Positions 40,140 through 54,037 of a DNA stretch of 64,000 nt are shown here, piece by piece. The stretch is taken from contig NC_043006.1 of the NCBI RefSeq assembly GCF_006345805.1, positions 1,798,001-1,862,000 on the forward strand, given 5' to 3'. The position numbers and the translations under genes are program-made. Position 1 is the stretch's first letter. The number at the start of each line of letters is the position of its first letter. The notes under the pieces are model-generated. The model was not told where the DNA came from, ran no database searches, and worked only from the letters and a program-made list of their open reading frames with translations. This stretch comes from Octopus sinensis. Its lineage: Eukaryota.

Positions 40140-40765
40140 ACCATGTTTGTATGGTGCTTTTTAAATGCCATCAGCACTGGAGCCAGTCAGCGGACACCGG
40201 TTCCAGCTACGATATTGGTTTTACTTGACTTCACAGATCGTCTCATGCGTGACTGCGATCTCACTTTAGTTGCCGGGTTTTCTCTATATCAATGTATCTC
40301 CAAAGGTCCTAATCTCCTGTCATTGCCTCTGTGAGGCCCAATGTTTGAAGGTCATGCTTCACCACCTCATCTCATGTCTACCTCTTCCACAGGTTCCTTC
40401 TATAGTTAGGGAGTGGCACTTCCTCACACAGCTGTCCTTATCCATACATAGCACATGACCATACCAGCACAGTCGCCTCTCTTGCACACCACATTTTATG
40501 CTTCTTATGCCCAACTTTTCCCTCAGGGCGTTTACACTCTGTTGTGTATGCATGCTGACATTAAACATCCAGCTGATCATACAAGCTTCATTTCTTTCAA
40601 GTCTATGCATGTCCTCAGCATTCATGTCCCATGTATCACTGCCATCTAGCATGGCAGTTCGCACACATGCATCATGCAGTCTACTTTTCACCCTGAGTGA
40701 GAGGCCCTTAGTTGCCAGCAGAGGTAGGAGCTCCCTGAACTTTGCCCAGGGTATTCTTACTCTAG
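40140..40765 (-). mobile_element. RTE LINE 3' fragment
   Basis: WAKFRELLPLLATKGLSLRVKSRLHDACVRTAMLDGSDTW...RRLCWYGHV. Confidence 0.9.
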
Positions 40766-40768
40766 TCC

Positions 40769-42030
40769 AGTGTTTCCCAAACTTTTCACGCCAAATTTCA
40801 ATATTGCCCCCCCCCCCCCCATCAGCCCAAAAATGCTCCATCGCCCACCTGTATAAAAAAAAGCCCTTGCGCAATCAGCTGCATCGACCTCGAATGGATT
40901 ACTATAGCGGTTTGGAATATTCAGTGCAATAACATCATGAAATCGCTCCACCATGTCATCATGCAATGATTGTAAATAGTTGCGATATGTAGTTAAATCC
41001 TCATCAACCAATTCATCTTTCAAAGAATCGAGGTGTGGAAATTGATGGAATTGACATTTTGAAATGTTAGTCTTATACAGCACCAATTTCGAAATGAAGG
41101 TAGCGATAAATGATTTACAGTCAATGTGAGTTTTTCTGTTTCCTTGCAATAACACGTAAGAGAACCATCCGAACGTGGCCGTTGCCAGCCCCGCCCAGAC
41201 TGGCCTCATGTCGGTGGCACGTAAAAAAGCACCATCCGTTCGTGGCCGTTGCCAGCCTCGCCTGGCCCCCGTGCCAGTGGCACGTAAAAAAGCACCATCT
41301 GTTCCTGACCGTTGCCAGCACCGCCCCGACTGGCCTCGTGCCAGTGGTACGTAAAAAGCACCATCTGTTCGTGGCCGTTGCCAGCCTCGCCTGGCCCCGT
41401 GCCGGTGGCACGTAAAAAGCACCATCCGTCCATGGCCGTTTGCCAGCTCCGTCTGGCACCTGTGCGGGTGGCACATAAAAAGCACCCACTACGCTCACGG
41501 AGTGGTTGGCGTTAGGAAGGGCATCCAGCTGTAGAAACACTGCCAGATCAGACTGGGCCTGGTGCAGCCTTCTGGCTTCACAGACCCCAGTTGAACCGTC
41601 CAACCCATGCCAGCATGGAAAGCGGACGCTAAATGATGATGATGATGAACTCATTCAAATCATTTAATTTTGTGAATGTATCACAAAAGAAAGCATCCAG
41701 CAATGAATCAGATGGAGGAGTAACTTCAAAGAAACATACAATTATATGAAACAGTTTGACAAAGTGTACAATGCAGTTTCCTTTTGACAGTCACAAGATC
41801 ATAGTATAGTCCTTATCATTTCTTAGACAGAGTTGACGGAAAATTCGGTCAGACTGGACTTCAATTTGTTCACAGTCTTGATAACTAACTGTGGCGCATT
41901 ATTCAATCTACCGTTCATAATTTTTGCCAGTAAATGCTGCCGGTGTGCCAAGTAATGAACAGTTAGTATCTGGTGGGAAATTTCACACTTTAGGAGAGAC
42001 GAAAAACCTCTGTATCTTCCTATCATTGAA
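40769..42030 (-). mobile_element. hAT (Buster/Charlie-type) transposase remnant with one TIR, split by an RTE-tail insertion
   Basis: TIR cagtgtttcccaaac; MIGRYRGF...[13 protein letters not shown] and LQG...FISKL.LY...FHQFPHL...L..LHDDMVERFHD...NPF. Confidence 0.85.
41155..41648 (+). mobile_element. RTE 3'-tail element with about 5 copies of a ~61-bp internal repeat, inserted in the hAT remnant
   Basis: repeated tggcacgtaaaa(a)gcaccatc units, then the standard tail and (GAT)n. Confidence 0.88.
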
Positions 42031-42147
42031 GGGGCCTTATCAGATGCACAGGCAAGAGTGGGATATTATGTTCAAAAAAAGAAAGACTTGAGAGTGAGAA
42101 AAATAGTTGCACCTTTTGAATCAATGACTGAAAAAAGTAAAAGAGTA

Positions 42148-42185
<38 letters not shown>

Positions 42186-42372
42186 GTGCATATATATATG
42201 TATGTATATATATGTGCATATATATATGTATGTATATATATGTGCATATATATATGTATGTATATGTATATGCATATGTATATATGCATATGTATATATG
42301 CATATGTATATATATGCATATGTATATATATGCATATGTATATATATATATATGTGTATATATATATATGTG

Positions 42373-42421
<49 letters not shown>

Positions 42422-42526
42422 GTATATATATGTGTATATATATATATTATGTATATATATATATATATGTATATATATTGTATATATATATAATATGTAT
42501 ATATATATATATATGTATATAATGTG

Positions 42527-42612
<86 letters not shown>

Positions 42613-42856
42613 GTATAGTATATATATATGTATATGTATATATATGTATATGTATATATATATGTATATGTATATATATATGTATATGTATGTATATATA
42701 TATATATATGCATATGTATCTATGCATATGTATATATATATATATATGTATATATGCATATGTATATATATGTATATATATATATGTATATATATATATG
42801 TATATATATGTATATATATATGTGTATATGTATGTATATATATATATATATATATG
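42148..42856. repeat. ~710-bp degenerate (TA)n/(TATG)n microsatellite
   Basis: direct reading. Confidence 0.97.
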
Positions 42857-43923
42857 TAGGTAAACAGTAAAAATAATTACAGACATGGACAAGAACATGA
42901 AACACCACAGAGACGACACAAGAACCACAGGACGGGACATTCGAAGCCCTCAGTCATCAGTCAAGAACCAGATCATCTTAGCAATTTCGGCTGATTAATC
43001 TTGAGATTGCTCCGATATGGGCAGCCCGCCAAGGGAAATCTAAGCCAAGCGCATTAGATCCTCTGGAAGAAAGCTTCGAATGTATACAACACGAGGACGG
43101 AACACGAACGAAGTACACGAACAAAAATACAGAATACGTGACACCAATAAGAATACAAAAACGTAAAAACAATAACGGTAAAAATAAAAAACAAAACGAA
43201 ACCAGGACGTAGGACAAGGGTCTTTCGACAGGACGAGTTGAGTATGGGGCTGGCTTGTGAAGTTGTGCCTAATGGCCGCAGGGAGACGAACAAATACGTG
43301 TTGCTTCGGCGGCTGCTGGAACGAAAAGAGCGCTCAACAGCGGCTAGCGGTCACGTGAGAACAAAAGACAGGAGGAAGGGACAGATGAAAAGAGAAAGAA
43401 GGTGGACGAGGGAGGAGAAGAAAGAGACAGATCGAGGGGGCTGGAGGTGAGAGAGATAGAGAAACGTAGAAGGGGGGGAAAGAAAGGAAGGGGAATAAGG
43501 GAGGAGAGAGAGAGAGAAAGAGACAGATTAAGAGTCGTATCAATGCTAGAGAAAAAATATACTTATCGTATAAGGACAATTGTGGATATGTAGCCGCCGA
43601 TTATATAGGTAAACAGTAAAAATAATTACAGACATGGACAAGAACATGAAACACTACAGAGACGACACAAGAACCACAGGACGGGACATTCGAAGCCCTC
43701 AGTCATCAGTCAAGAACCAGATCATCTTAGCAATTTCGGCTGATTAATCTTGAGATTGCTCCGATATGGGCAGCCCGCCAAGGGAAATCTAAGCCAAGCG
43801 CATTAGATCCCCTGGAAGAAAGCTTTGAATGTATACAACACGAGGACGGAAAACGAACGAAGTATACGAACAAAAATACAGAATACGTGACACCAATAAG
43901 AATACAAAAACGTAAAAACAATA
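42857..43923 (-). mobile_element. Non-coding element with 318-bp terminal direct repeats (42857-43174 and 43606-43923), flanked by (TA)n; Penelope/retrozyme-like
   Basis: two copies about 98% identical (5 substitutions by eye), 749-nt period; strand and class are inferred. Confidence 0.7.
42950..43011 (-). ncRNA. Candidate hammerhead ribozyme with permuted strand order (second copy 43699-43760)
   Basis: minus strand agcaaUC-ucaaga ... GAAA-uugcu ... ucuuga-CUGAUGA; helices I and III are perfect 6 bp, helix II is imperfect. Confidence 0.45.
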
Positions 43924-43935
43924 TATATATATATG

Positions 43936-43966
<31 letters not shown>

Positions 43967-44373
43967 GTATATGTATATATATATATGTATGTATATGGTC
44001 TTGGGCCGACCAAAACCTTGTGAGTGGATTTTGTACATGGAAACTGAAAGAAGACTGTCTTATATACATGTATTTTTGAGTGTGTGTGTCTGTGTTTGTA
44101 CCCCTACCATTGCTTGACAACTTATGTTGCTGTGTTTACATTCCCATAACTTAGCAGTTCAGCAAAGGACACTGATAGAATAATTACTAGGCTTACAAGG
44201 AATAAATCCTGGGGTTGATTTGTTCGAATAAAAGCAGTGCTCTAGCATGGCCGCAGTCACATCGCTGAAACAAGTGAGACAACAAAAAACTGTGCCCTTT
44301 TAATCGCAAGCAACGCAGGGTGTCCCCACCGGTTGTATCTATGACTAACGAGCTCTTTCTTCATCTGTTGCAG

Positions 44374-44532
44374 CATTTAGAACAAGTGATGGAAGTACGA
44401 GACAAAGCCTACAAATCCTGCCGTCAAGTCATTGCTTTGAGGATGAAGCAGGTCTTTATAGTGTTCCTGCATAGCCGCAACTATATGGGACAACTCAACT
44501 TTGACCACGACAAGGGTCTACTTGAAATCACT
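44374..44532 (+). CDS. SMC6: SMC6 exon, coil into C-terminal head HLEQVMEVRDKAY...HSRNYMGQLNFDHDKGLLEIT (last exon found)
   Basis: ctgttgcag / gtaagt; 159 nt, phase 0-0; R.Y.G...FDH....L.I motif of SMC6. Confidence 0.95.
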
Positions 44533-46174
44533 GTAAGTACTTACGTCTTGTTTATTAATACTTATTAATTAATACTTATGTCTGGTTAATTAATTCTATA
44601 AATTGCTAAGGTGGCCAACCGGCAGAATCGTAAGCACACCAGGCAAAATACTTAGAAGTATTTTGTCCGTCTTTACGTTCTGGGATCAAGTCTTGCCAGG
44701 GTCAACTTTGCCTTTCATCCTTTCGGGGTTGATGAAATATGTATCTGTTTAGTACTGGGGTTGAGGTAATCAACTGACCCTCCTCCCTGACATTGCTGGC
44801 CTTGTGCCAAAAAATATTTGTAGCCAATCTTGGTTGGATTGTTTCTTTTTTCTAAGTCTCACTCAAGCTCCAATCCGTCGCAAAAAGATTTTTTGCAAAT
44901 GAAATAACGTCTGTTGACTTTAAATGCTGTATTATTCCTGTTGATAAATTCATCTTCATGATAGCCGTAGCCCAGTTAGAAGCATTCAGTCATTAGTGTG
45001 CAGTGGTTGGCCAAAGGCATAAGTTCCGGCTGTTAAAATTGTGTCGGCAAAGTAGCATAAATCATAGCAGTAGAGATTAGCAGTTTCTTCTGTTGCTTGC
45101 GTACGTCAGGTACCAAAGACATGTGATGAGAGGTGAGATGCCGTGAACCACATCCAACTCCTGCCAGCATAGTAAAACAGACACAAGAATGCAGTCAAAG
45201 ATCTTTGTGCTAAATCATCGTCATCATGAACAACATTTAACATCTGTTTTCCAGATGGGTTGGCATGGGTTGGACAGCTTGTCAGGAACTAGCAAGGCCA
45301 GGAGCTGCACCAGGTTCCATTGTCTGTTTTGGCCTGGTTTCCACAGCTGGATGCCCTTCCTAATGCCAACCACCTTTCAGAGTGTACTGGGTGCTTCTTA
45401 TGTGACACCAGCACCTGTGCTTTTTAATCCTTTTCAGTCCATATTTGTCTCTACCAGTGTACAGGCAAGTTTCTTACTAAAGCCCTGTACAAACCAAAGC
45501 TATGTAAGTGGATTTGGTCAGCAGAAAGAAGCTTGTTTTGTGTGTGTGTGTGTGTGTGTGTGTGTATGCACACACATACTCTTGTTTTGATGTCCTATGA
45601 TAATTATAAAACAAGCATCAGAGCTTGTTTCCAATATTCTGTGACAAATATGCCTGACTCTGGTAAAATATTACCTTACCTGGAAACAGGTGAAGGCATC
45701 CAGCTCTGGAAAATCTGCCTCAACAAATTCTGTCTGACCTCTGCAGGCATGGAAAATAGTTGTTAAATAATGATGATAATTAACTTTTATTTTAATTATA
45801 TTTTGCTCTTTTGTCATTCAAATATTTCAGTGATAATCAGTTATCAAAAGATATCTTTTTTTTTTCACTAACTCATTCTTTGACCTTCATCGAATCATTT
45901 TCTCTTGTTGATGATGTGAGCATCTTTTTTTTCCTTTTCATTACCATTTTATACAACTTTTGTTTCCCAGCAACGTATCAGATTACTCTTTATCAAATTA
46001 CTCTTGAATTAGACTGGCTTCTGCTTCATGACATGAATATTTCGATACTTATATTTGCATATTATACTTACTACATCAACTTACTACATCTATACTGCTT
46101 TCCAAATTCAATTTCAGTTGGTCATCAGGTACCATGTTTGCCATGTTTCGCTTCAATCTGGGATTAACATAAAC

Positions 46175-46473
46175 CAGTGGTTCCCAAACTTTTTCAGGTT
46201 CCCACCCTGCTTGGTACTCAGGCCAAATTCCTAGCCCCCGCCCTCCCCCTCTTACCACCATAAACACACCACTTTCTGCAACAGTTTCAAAACAACTGTA
46301 TTTCACAAATAAAACATAACCTAATTAACCCATTATTATTTTTTGGGTGGGGGGATTACATCCATTGCCCCATTTTGGGGTACCCTGTTATCTCCCCACT
46401 TTTCTTCAACACCTAACTCCTGATCTTTCCTCCACCCCCAGGAGGGCAGTATGACCCACTTTTGAAACCACTG
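46175..46473. mobile_element. hAT (Charlie-like) MITE
   Basis: cagtggttcccaaa ... tttgaaaccactg terminal inverted repeats; TSD not well preserved. Confidence 0.7.
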
Positions 46474-46614
46474 ACAAAGTATCGTGTCTACCCTCCATCT
46501 CGCAATCTCCTTTTGCAATCTCTTGAACTTACCCATCCACCCGACCTGATCCATGACTCTACATTACTTATATACATCTCCCTGTATCCACCACCTGTCA
46601 TTTCTTCACCATCT

Positions 46615-46667
<53 letters not shown>

Positions 46668-49600
46668 CTTACCCCTTTACTCTCTCTCTCTCTCTCTCTC
46701 CTACTGAGATAGCCATGTATCTCCTGTACTGCAAGTCACTATTTCTGTCCTCTATTCAAATTCTAACCTCTTTTCCCTGGTTTCAAAGCCACCTCCCTCA
46801 GCACTCCTCTTGCTCTCAGATTAGGAGTGTCTTGCCTTGCAATTTGCTTAGAGGCTACACTACTGCTGGTGCCACATAAACAGAAAAAGCACCCAGTGCA
46901 CACTGTAGAGTGGTTAGCATGAGGGAAGGCGTCCAACTGTAGAAACCATTTCTAAGCAGACAGCAGAGCTTAGTGCAGTCTTGTCTTCTGACTTGCTAGC
47001 TCCTGTCAAACCGTCCAACCCATGCCAGGATGGGAAAACGGACATTTAATGATGATAGTATATGTATAAATGTGTGTGTGTGTTTGCTGTTCTTTCTGCC
47101 ATCTGCTTCATTTAGAAAACAAAAAAAAAGCAGCTTCATCATTTCGTGTGTGTGTGTGTATGTGTGTGATGCAAAGAAGTCATTAACTATTTATTTATAT
47201 ATTTTCTACAAAAATATATAAACTTAATTCATTACCTATTTTAACAGCACTACCTGGCAATATGGGTGCTTTTATCAGAGGGCCTCTATAGCAAATATCC
47301 AGACTAGATCTCTGGTTTAAGGATACTTTTTTCCCCTCTTTCCTTCCTACCAGTCTCAGAAGCCCTGTGGAGGGTCATGGGCACCGCCTTTCTTCGTAAC
47401 TATGATTTAGATAAAATTTTAAAAACAATAAGATCCATTAGTTTAGGAGACTTCCGTTATATATTGCATCTAATCAGGGTAGATAACTCTGATTGACCAA
47501 ATAGAAGAGTTGTTACATAGTTATTTAACCTGCTAGAAATAACAGCCAATTCCCTTTAACTCACATCCTACCTTAAAAAAAAAAGTAAAAACAAAAAGAC
47601 ATATCAGAAATTGTAATCTTGAATATACTATGTCTAAATAAAAGATGGGATAGTCCTGGTTGGAACAAATTTGATTACTGAGCTCCTGGGTCTGGGTTGA
47701 CCTTAATCTAAACAACACCAATGATGTGACAGTCATTGCTTGTTTGTTTCGGTAGTTAGCAGATACTTCTCCTGCAAGTGTTAATTAGTCGTGAAAAGGT
47801 CATGTAGCTTACTTGAAACCATAAATAAATTTAATTAGAAGAGGAATTATCGCTACAACTGCAATTCAAAAGAAACATATTTATTTATCATTTTAGCTTT
47901 AGAGTTTGCTAAAACTGTGATATTGAATAAATACTTTTTTAAAACTATCCTTGCTTTCATTTTCTTATAGAAATTAGCCATTATTCCTACAATTTATGGA
48001 TGTCTAAATTTTCAAGAAAAAAAAAAGACATTATTGGTTTAGACGTGGTTGTGTGGTTAAGCAGTTTGCTCCCAAGCACATGGTTTCAGGTTCAGTCCCA
48101 CTGCATGGTATCTTGAGCAAGTGTCTTCTTCTGTAGCCCATGGCCAACTAAAGCCTTGTGGGTGGATTTGGTAAATGGAAACTCAAAAAGCCTGATGTGT
48201 GTGTGTGTGTGTTTCCTTGTCTTCATACTTTGTGATTGTTGTAAATTGAATGTCATTCGTTTCCACTATTCTATGAAAATGATTTGGCCATGGGGGAAAT
48301 ATTACCTAGCCTTGGAAACAGATAACTATTGGCAACAGGAAGGGCATCTGGTTGTAGAAAATCTGCCTCAATTAACTCCATCCAACCCATGCAAGCATGA
48401 AAATGTGGACCTTAAAACAAAGATGATGATTATGGTGATGGTGATGGTGGTGATGGTGATGGTGATGGTGGTGGTGACAATGATGACAATTCTAAACTAG
48501 AATTGGATGGTCAAATGGTTATAAAACTGCAAATGTGGGAAAGCAGAACGACTAAGTTGACAAGTAAAAGGAATTTGGCTCCTGGTCTTGAATTACTTAA
48601 GTTCCTTTTAGTCCTCTGACCTGTTGGATCAGCAGAGGTTAACCCTATTAGCCATTTTGCTATTATAATTATGTTGAAATACAGTAGTTTTATTTCATTT
48701 TATATGGCAAGAGCTCAAAGATATGCTGTGACTGTGAAGACCCGACAAATGAAGTGAGTTCATGGCTCACAGGACGGCCTGCTGTGCTAACCTTGGATCG
48801 TAGAGTGACCTGCTGTTCTTGAGGATTCGAAGACCCGACAAATGAAGTGAGTTCATGGCTCGCAGGACGGCCTGCTGTGCTGACCTTGGATTGTAAAGTG
48901 ACCCACTGTTCTTGAGGAGACCTACTGAGTCAAGTAGGTCAACACCAACATCAAAATAAAAATCAAATGGAAATTGTAGTTAAGATACCCGTGCTGGTGA
49001 CACCTAAAAAGCATCATTCGAACGTGGCAGATGCCAGTGCCGCCTGACTGATATCCGTGTTGGTGACACGTAAAAGCACCAACCAATCGTGGCCGTTTGC
49101 CAGCCTCCCCTGGCCGCTGTGCTGATGGCACGTAAAAACCACCCACTACACTCATGGAGTGGTTGGCGTTAGGAAGGGCATCCAGCTGTAGAAACACTGC
49201 CAGATCAGACTAGAGCCTGGTGCAACCTCCTGGCTTCCCAGACCCCGGTTGAACCGTCCAACCCATGCTAGCATGGAAATCAGACGTTAAACGATGATGA
49301 TGATGATGGAGAATTTTAGTGAAGTAACTTGTATTAAGCTAGTGTTTGTAACTAAGGTTAAAATGAAGTTTTGATGGAAGGTTTTAATTTGGATTACTTT
49401 AAAGCAAAAAAGAAAGATTTATTATTGTTGGTGAGATTTATTTGGTGACATGTTAATGACTACATTCGTAGACTAAGAGTTTATGAATTGTAGGCGTATT
49501 AATAGGAACTAGCTGGACCTGCGAAAAATTCATGGAAAATATGAAAAAATGTAAGAATCTTTAAATTGTGTGCTGGTGCCATGAGAAATGCTTCTTCTAC

Positions 49601-52600
49601 GTTGTGACAGTTGCAGATTATAGAAAGAAGTGTAAAACTGATAACTCTATAATCCAAGCAAAATATCTCAGTTATGCAAACGTAAACAGAATTACTATTT
49701 AGACTTAAAATACATCGTAGATATTCCAAAGAACCTCCTTGGTTTAGTGGTTCGGAAAGCATTCTCCTGGTATTCTCTTATTCTTTTACTTTTTTCAGTC
49801 ATTTCACGGTGGCCATGCTGGAGCACTACCCTTTAGTTGAAGAAATCAACCCCTGGACTTATTCCCTGTAAGCCGAGTGCTTATTCTATCAGTCTCTTCT
49901 GCTAAACAGCTAAGTTATTGGGATGCAAACACACCAACATCAGTTGTCAAGCATTGATAGTGGGGGGACAAACACACACACACACTTACGTACATATGAT
50001 GGGCTTCTTTCAGTTTCCGTGTACCAAATTCACTCACGAGGCTTTGGTTGGTCTGAGGCTATGGCAGAAGGCGCTCTTTAAAGTATGGAGTTGAATTTCG
50101 TGTAGCCACCTGTTAGCAACTTTTCTCCTCCACCCATTTTGTAGTGGGTATCACCCATTTTTCTGGGCTCTTTTCACAGTTATAGCCCGTTCGAAATTTG
50201 CATTAGTTTTTGTATGAAAAAAGAAAAAGAAGGGAGGCGGGTGGGCTTGTTTGTAATTTGTAGAGAAAATGTTAAACATGCCTGAAAAAGAAACATGGTC
50301 TTTCCCTGCCAACGAAAAGACCTGAAGACCTATGAAAAAAAGCGAATAAGTACCAGGGGTGGGGGAAAGAAGAGAGAACTAACATTTGATCGTTCTAGAA
50401 CTCCCAGAATAAAAATGTAAACACCTGAAAGACTTACTCCTCTATTCATTACTAAATGTCTTTCCCTCTTTTTCATTGTTAAACGTAAAAAAGCTAGAAA
50501 AGATCGTATTTCAGTCTAACTACCATTTCAAATGGCTGAGGCTTTCCTTTCTCTGTCTTTATCGCTTCACTCCTTTTTCTCTACAGTTAAGAGAGTGAAA
50601 GTGCGTCAATCAGTGGTTAGGGGTATTTGGCCCAAGATCGTAAAGTCATGAGTACAATTCTTGTGGTGCACTGTGTTCTTGAGCAAGGTACTCCACCTTG
50701 CTGCAGTCCACTCATCATCATCATCATCATCATCATCGTTTAGCGTCCGTTTTCCATGCTAGCATGGGTTGGACACTCAGCTGACAAAAATGAGTTGTAG
50801 CTGTAATTCAAGGGGGCCAGCCTTGTCATATTCTGTGTGAGGCCGAATCTCCCTGAGAACTATGTTAATGAAACGCAGTCACTTGTGAGTTAATTTTATC
50901 CTCATGTGGTAATGGAAAGTGAAAGTGACATCTAATATTTGCTGTAGTTGTCTTTGATTCAACACTGTGTCTATGTATCTACTGTCTCTCTCACTTTCTC
51001 TCTTTCTTCCTCTGTCTCCCTCCTCTCTCCTGCTTTTGATTTGACAATGTGTGTATGTATCTATGTATCAACTTTTCTTGCAATCTGGTAAACATTTAAA
51101 AACACAATACAAACACCGTCACCACTCACTGTTTCTCTCACTCTCACTTTCTCTTTGTCCTCCTCTCTCCCACTTTGCTATTCTCTTCTTTCTTTGAAGT
51201 TAGTGTGACACACACCACAGGTATGGACGTACAAAAACAAGTTGGCGTATTAATATTATTGATTATTATATTACTTTTTCAAATTATGAGTTGAAGTGGG
51301 AGTTTCATTTTTGGTTTATGGTTTTTAGGCTAATAAGATTGAAGTTTTGTAAGTTGATTTTAGAGGTGTTGTAGAACTAAAGGTGGTGGTCACAGGAAGA
51401 TTGCTATCAAAAGAGTTAAAGGCTATGTGATGTCCTTAGATGATCAAGCCCTCATTTGCACTACATTGCATAGGCTGGAAAATCCTTGACTAGTTATTCA
51501 TAATAGGAATTCTTGGCAAACCCATAACTTTGTGAGGAAATAGCCCTTAATAAAGTGAAACTAACAAAGAGGATTTACTCCACTCCCTTATCAGCCTAGA
51601 TATTATTCAGCTATTTAAAACGCCCACAGTCACTTGGAGGCAATTCGTGTAGTCTTCTTTATTTAAATAAACGGAAATTAACCAATTCATGTCTTTGGCG
51701 GTCCCTACCCTCCTAATTTATGATTCATTTCTCTCATTCTTCACACTCCTTCAGAGTAGAGCAGTTGTGAGGAGAAATGCTACTGCTGCACCCCTCTACC
51801 TTACGTGTGGTGAACAATGTTACCATTCTTCACAAAGGAAGTACTGAAGTTTTTTTCACTGTCACATGACAAAAAATTTTTTAATGAAAAAAAACAAAAA
51901 AAAAAGCTGAATTCATTGACACAACATTTGGTGAGAATGAGACGAGTACACTAGAACCAATTTCTAAACAATACATTCTGAGACATCAAGCAAGAATTAA
52001 CAGTTGTAAGTGTTTCTTCCTTTGTTTCAAAGCTAAAGGGAAAACACAAAATTAAGTTAATTTAGCTAGAGGTCATTAACACAAGATTCCTGGTGTGATC
52101 CAGAGAACCAAGGATGGTATTTGTCTGAACTAAAATGGTTAGTAGTCCTTGTGATAAAGAAGAACCGAACCAAAATATAAAACAGTTACAGTCAAATACA
52201 ATTTGTGTTGGATATTCAGAACCAAGTATCCGTAATTAGGAGGGCCAAAAACAAAGTCTCATTTTTCCTTCCCACATTATAAGCCAATTATAGTATATTG
52301 TAACATTTTATGCTACATGAGTTCCACAACATCCAACATGGAGCCTCTGTGTAGAGCCTGACCTGCTAGAATGAGCAACCAAATTTCATTCAAATTACAC
52401 TCTACCACCTCTACCATCTTTGAAAAAAAAAAAAAAGAACACATTGGATTATATGGGCTGTAAAAAAACAAAAAAAGTGGATGATCACAGATGGAATACA
52501 TCTGATTATTCAGGGTTACTGGGGGGGGGGGGTTAAATAGCTAATTTATTTAGGGACTGATCATTTGCATCATCTTATTTGATTCAGAAGTTGAGCATCA

Positions 52601-54037
52601 CATCTGAGGGTATTTTCCCTATTTAAGATTTATAGATCTTTCCAGTAACATTCCAGTGCTATCCTTTGGTCTCTCTCGCCCTGGTGGCTCAAGAAAAACA
52701 CCCGGAACATTCTGCAAAGTAAGTTGGTATTAGGAGCAGTAGGCGGCGAGCCGGCAGAATCGTTAGCACGCCGGGCGAAATGCTTAGCGGTATTTCGTCT
52801 GTCTCTACATTCTGGGTTCAAATTCCGCCGAGGTCGACTTTGCCTTTCATCCTTTCGGGGTCAATAAATTAAGTACCAGTTACGCATTGGGGTCGATGTA
52901 ATCGACTTAATCCGTTTGTCTGTCCTTGTTTGCCCTCTCTGTGTTTAGCCCCTTGTGGGTAGTAAAGAAATAGGTATTCGGAGCAGTAGAAACTAAGCCA
53001 AAAATTAAACGCTAGTGAGATTAGATCCCGTGATCCACTAGACGAGCAGTACCACTGAGTATGTGCTGACTGCAACCATGATGACTCATCTCACCCATGC
53101 CATCGTGTAAAATAGATGTAAAAGGATGCTTGATAATGAGGATATACAATCAAAATGCATCTAAATGAAGTAAAATGCCAAAGATAGCTTCTCTTCTCAC
53201 AGTTGAAAGTTTATGTTTTGTTTGCACAGAACGAATTCAATTTAAGAGACGGATTGTGTTGTGGACAGAACTGTTATTCGGCCAACTGAGACTTCATAAA
53301 GACTTCATTGTTAAAAACTTTATTATTGTAAAACTACTGTTTTTCTTTTGTTGTCTATTTCAATCTTTATAAGTCTTTTTTGTTATTTGTATATTGGTGT
53401 TATGGCTGTCATCCGGCCTATTGTAATTATTTCATTTACCTTTGTGTGTCAGATTTTTTTTTTTATCTAGTCAAGGGAAAGAGAAAAAAGAAAAAAAGCA
53501 AGTAAACAAAAATGATTTATGGGAAGGATAGTTAAAAAACAGTTTAAGTAATAAAGAAATTCAGTAAGAAACAGTGAGGTAGGTTAGTATTAATTAATCC
53601 ATTATCCGCTCCCACCCAGCTATGTTGGATAGGTCAGCGGGGGAGGCTGACTTATTGCTAGAGTTAATCCGTATAGAACTGGTGAAGCTGCGACTAATTA
53701 GAGCTGATTGGACATGGGTCTGGTATAGGAGAAGAGGAAGGAGAAGAAATTAGTTGGCCTTTACACCTTCGTTGATCCCTGAAGTCAATGAGTTCAGAGA
53801 GGCTCACTTATGAGGGGTGTCAGTCATGAACTGAGAGAGACAGCGGTGGCGGGGGGGAGACAATGGTACAGGATTGTGTAGCAGTTTATACAGAAGTCTC
53901 TTGAAGTGTTACTTGATATGTTGAAGCCTCTGCACCAGCGCTGGTGGCTGGCTGGCCCCTCTCTCTCTTGTACTCCCTGATAATTAGTGAATCTACACAA
54001 AGGAAAATATAGCCGGAAGTGGCACATTAGAAGTGGC

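Noticed and set aside
40757-41485. 242-aa ORF as a possible novel fusion gene
   Set aside because: Chance read-through from an RTE-tail repeat into a decayed hAT transposase fragment; no splice or promoter support
42023-42940. Many 80-230 aa Tyr/Ile-rich ORFs (also near 14714 and 20530)
   Set aside because: Translations of (TA)n microsatellite, which lacks stop codons
51755-51847. Acceptor-like pyrimidine tract followed in frame 0 by SRAVVRRNATAAPLYLTCGEQCY...stop, loosely resembling LSGGERSF at about the expected distance
   Set aside because: Only 3 of 8 residues match an essentially invariant motif, and a stop follows with no convincing donor; most likely chance, though RNA-seq could test for a cryptic terminal exon
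51905-52005. Short open frame ending at a gtaagt donor
   Set aside because: No pyrimidine tract or acceptor upstream and no similarity to SMC6
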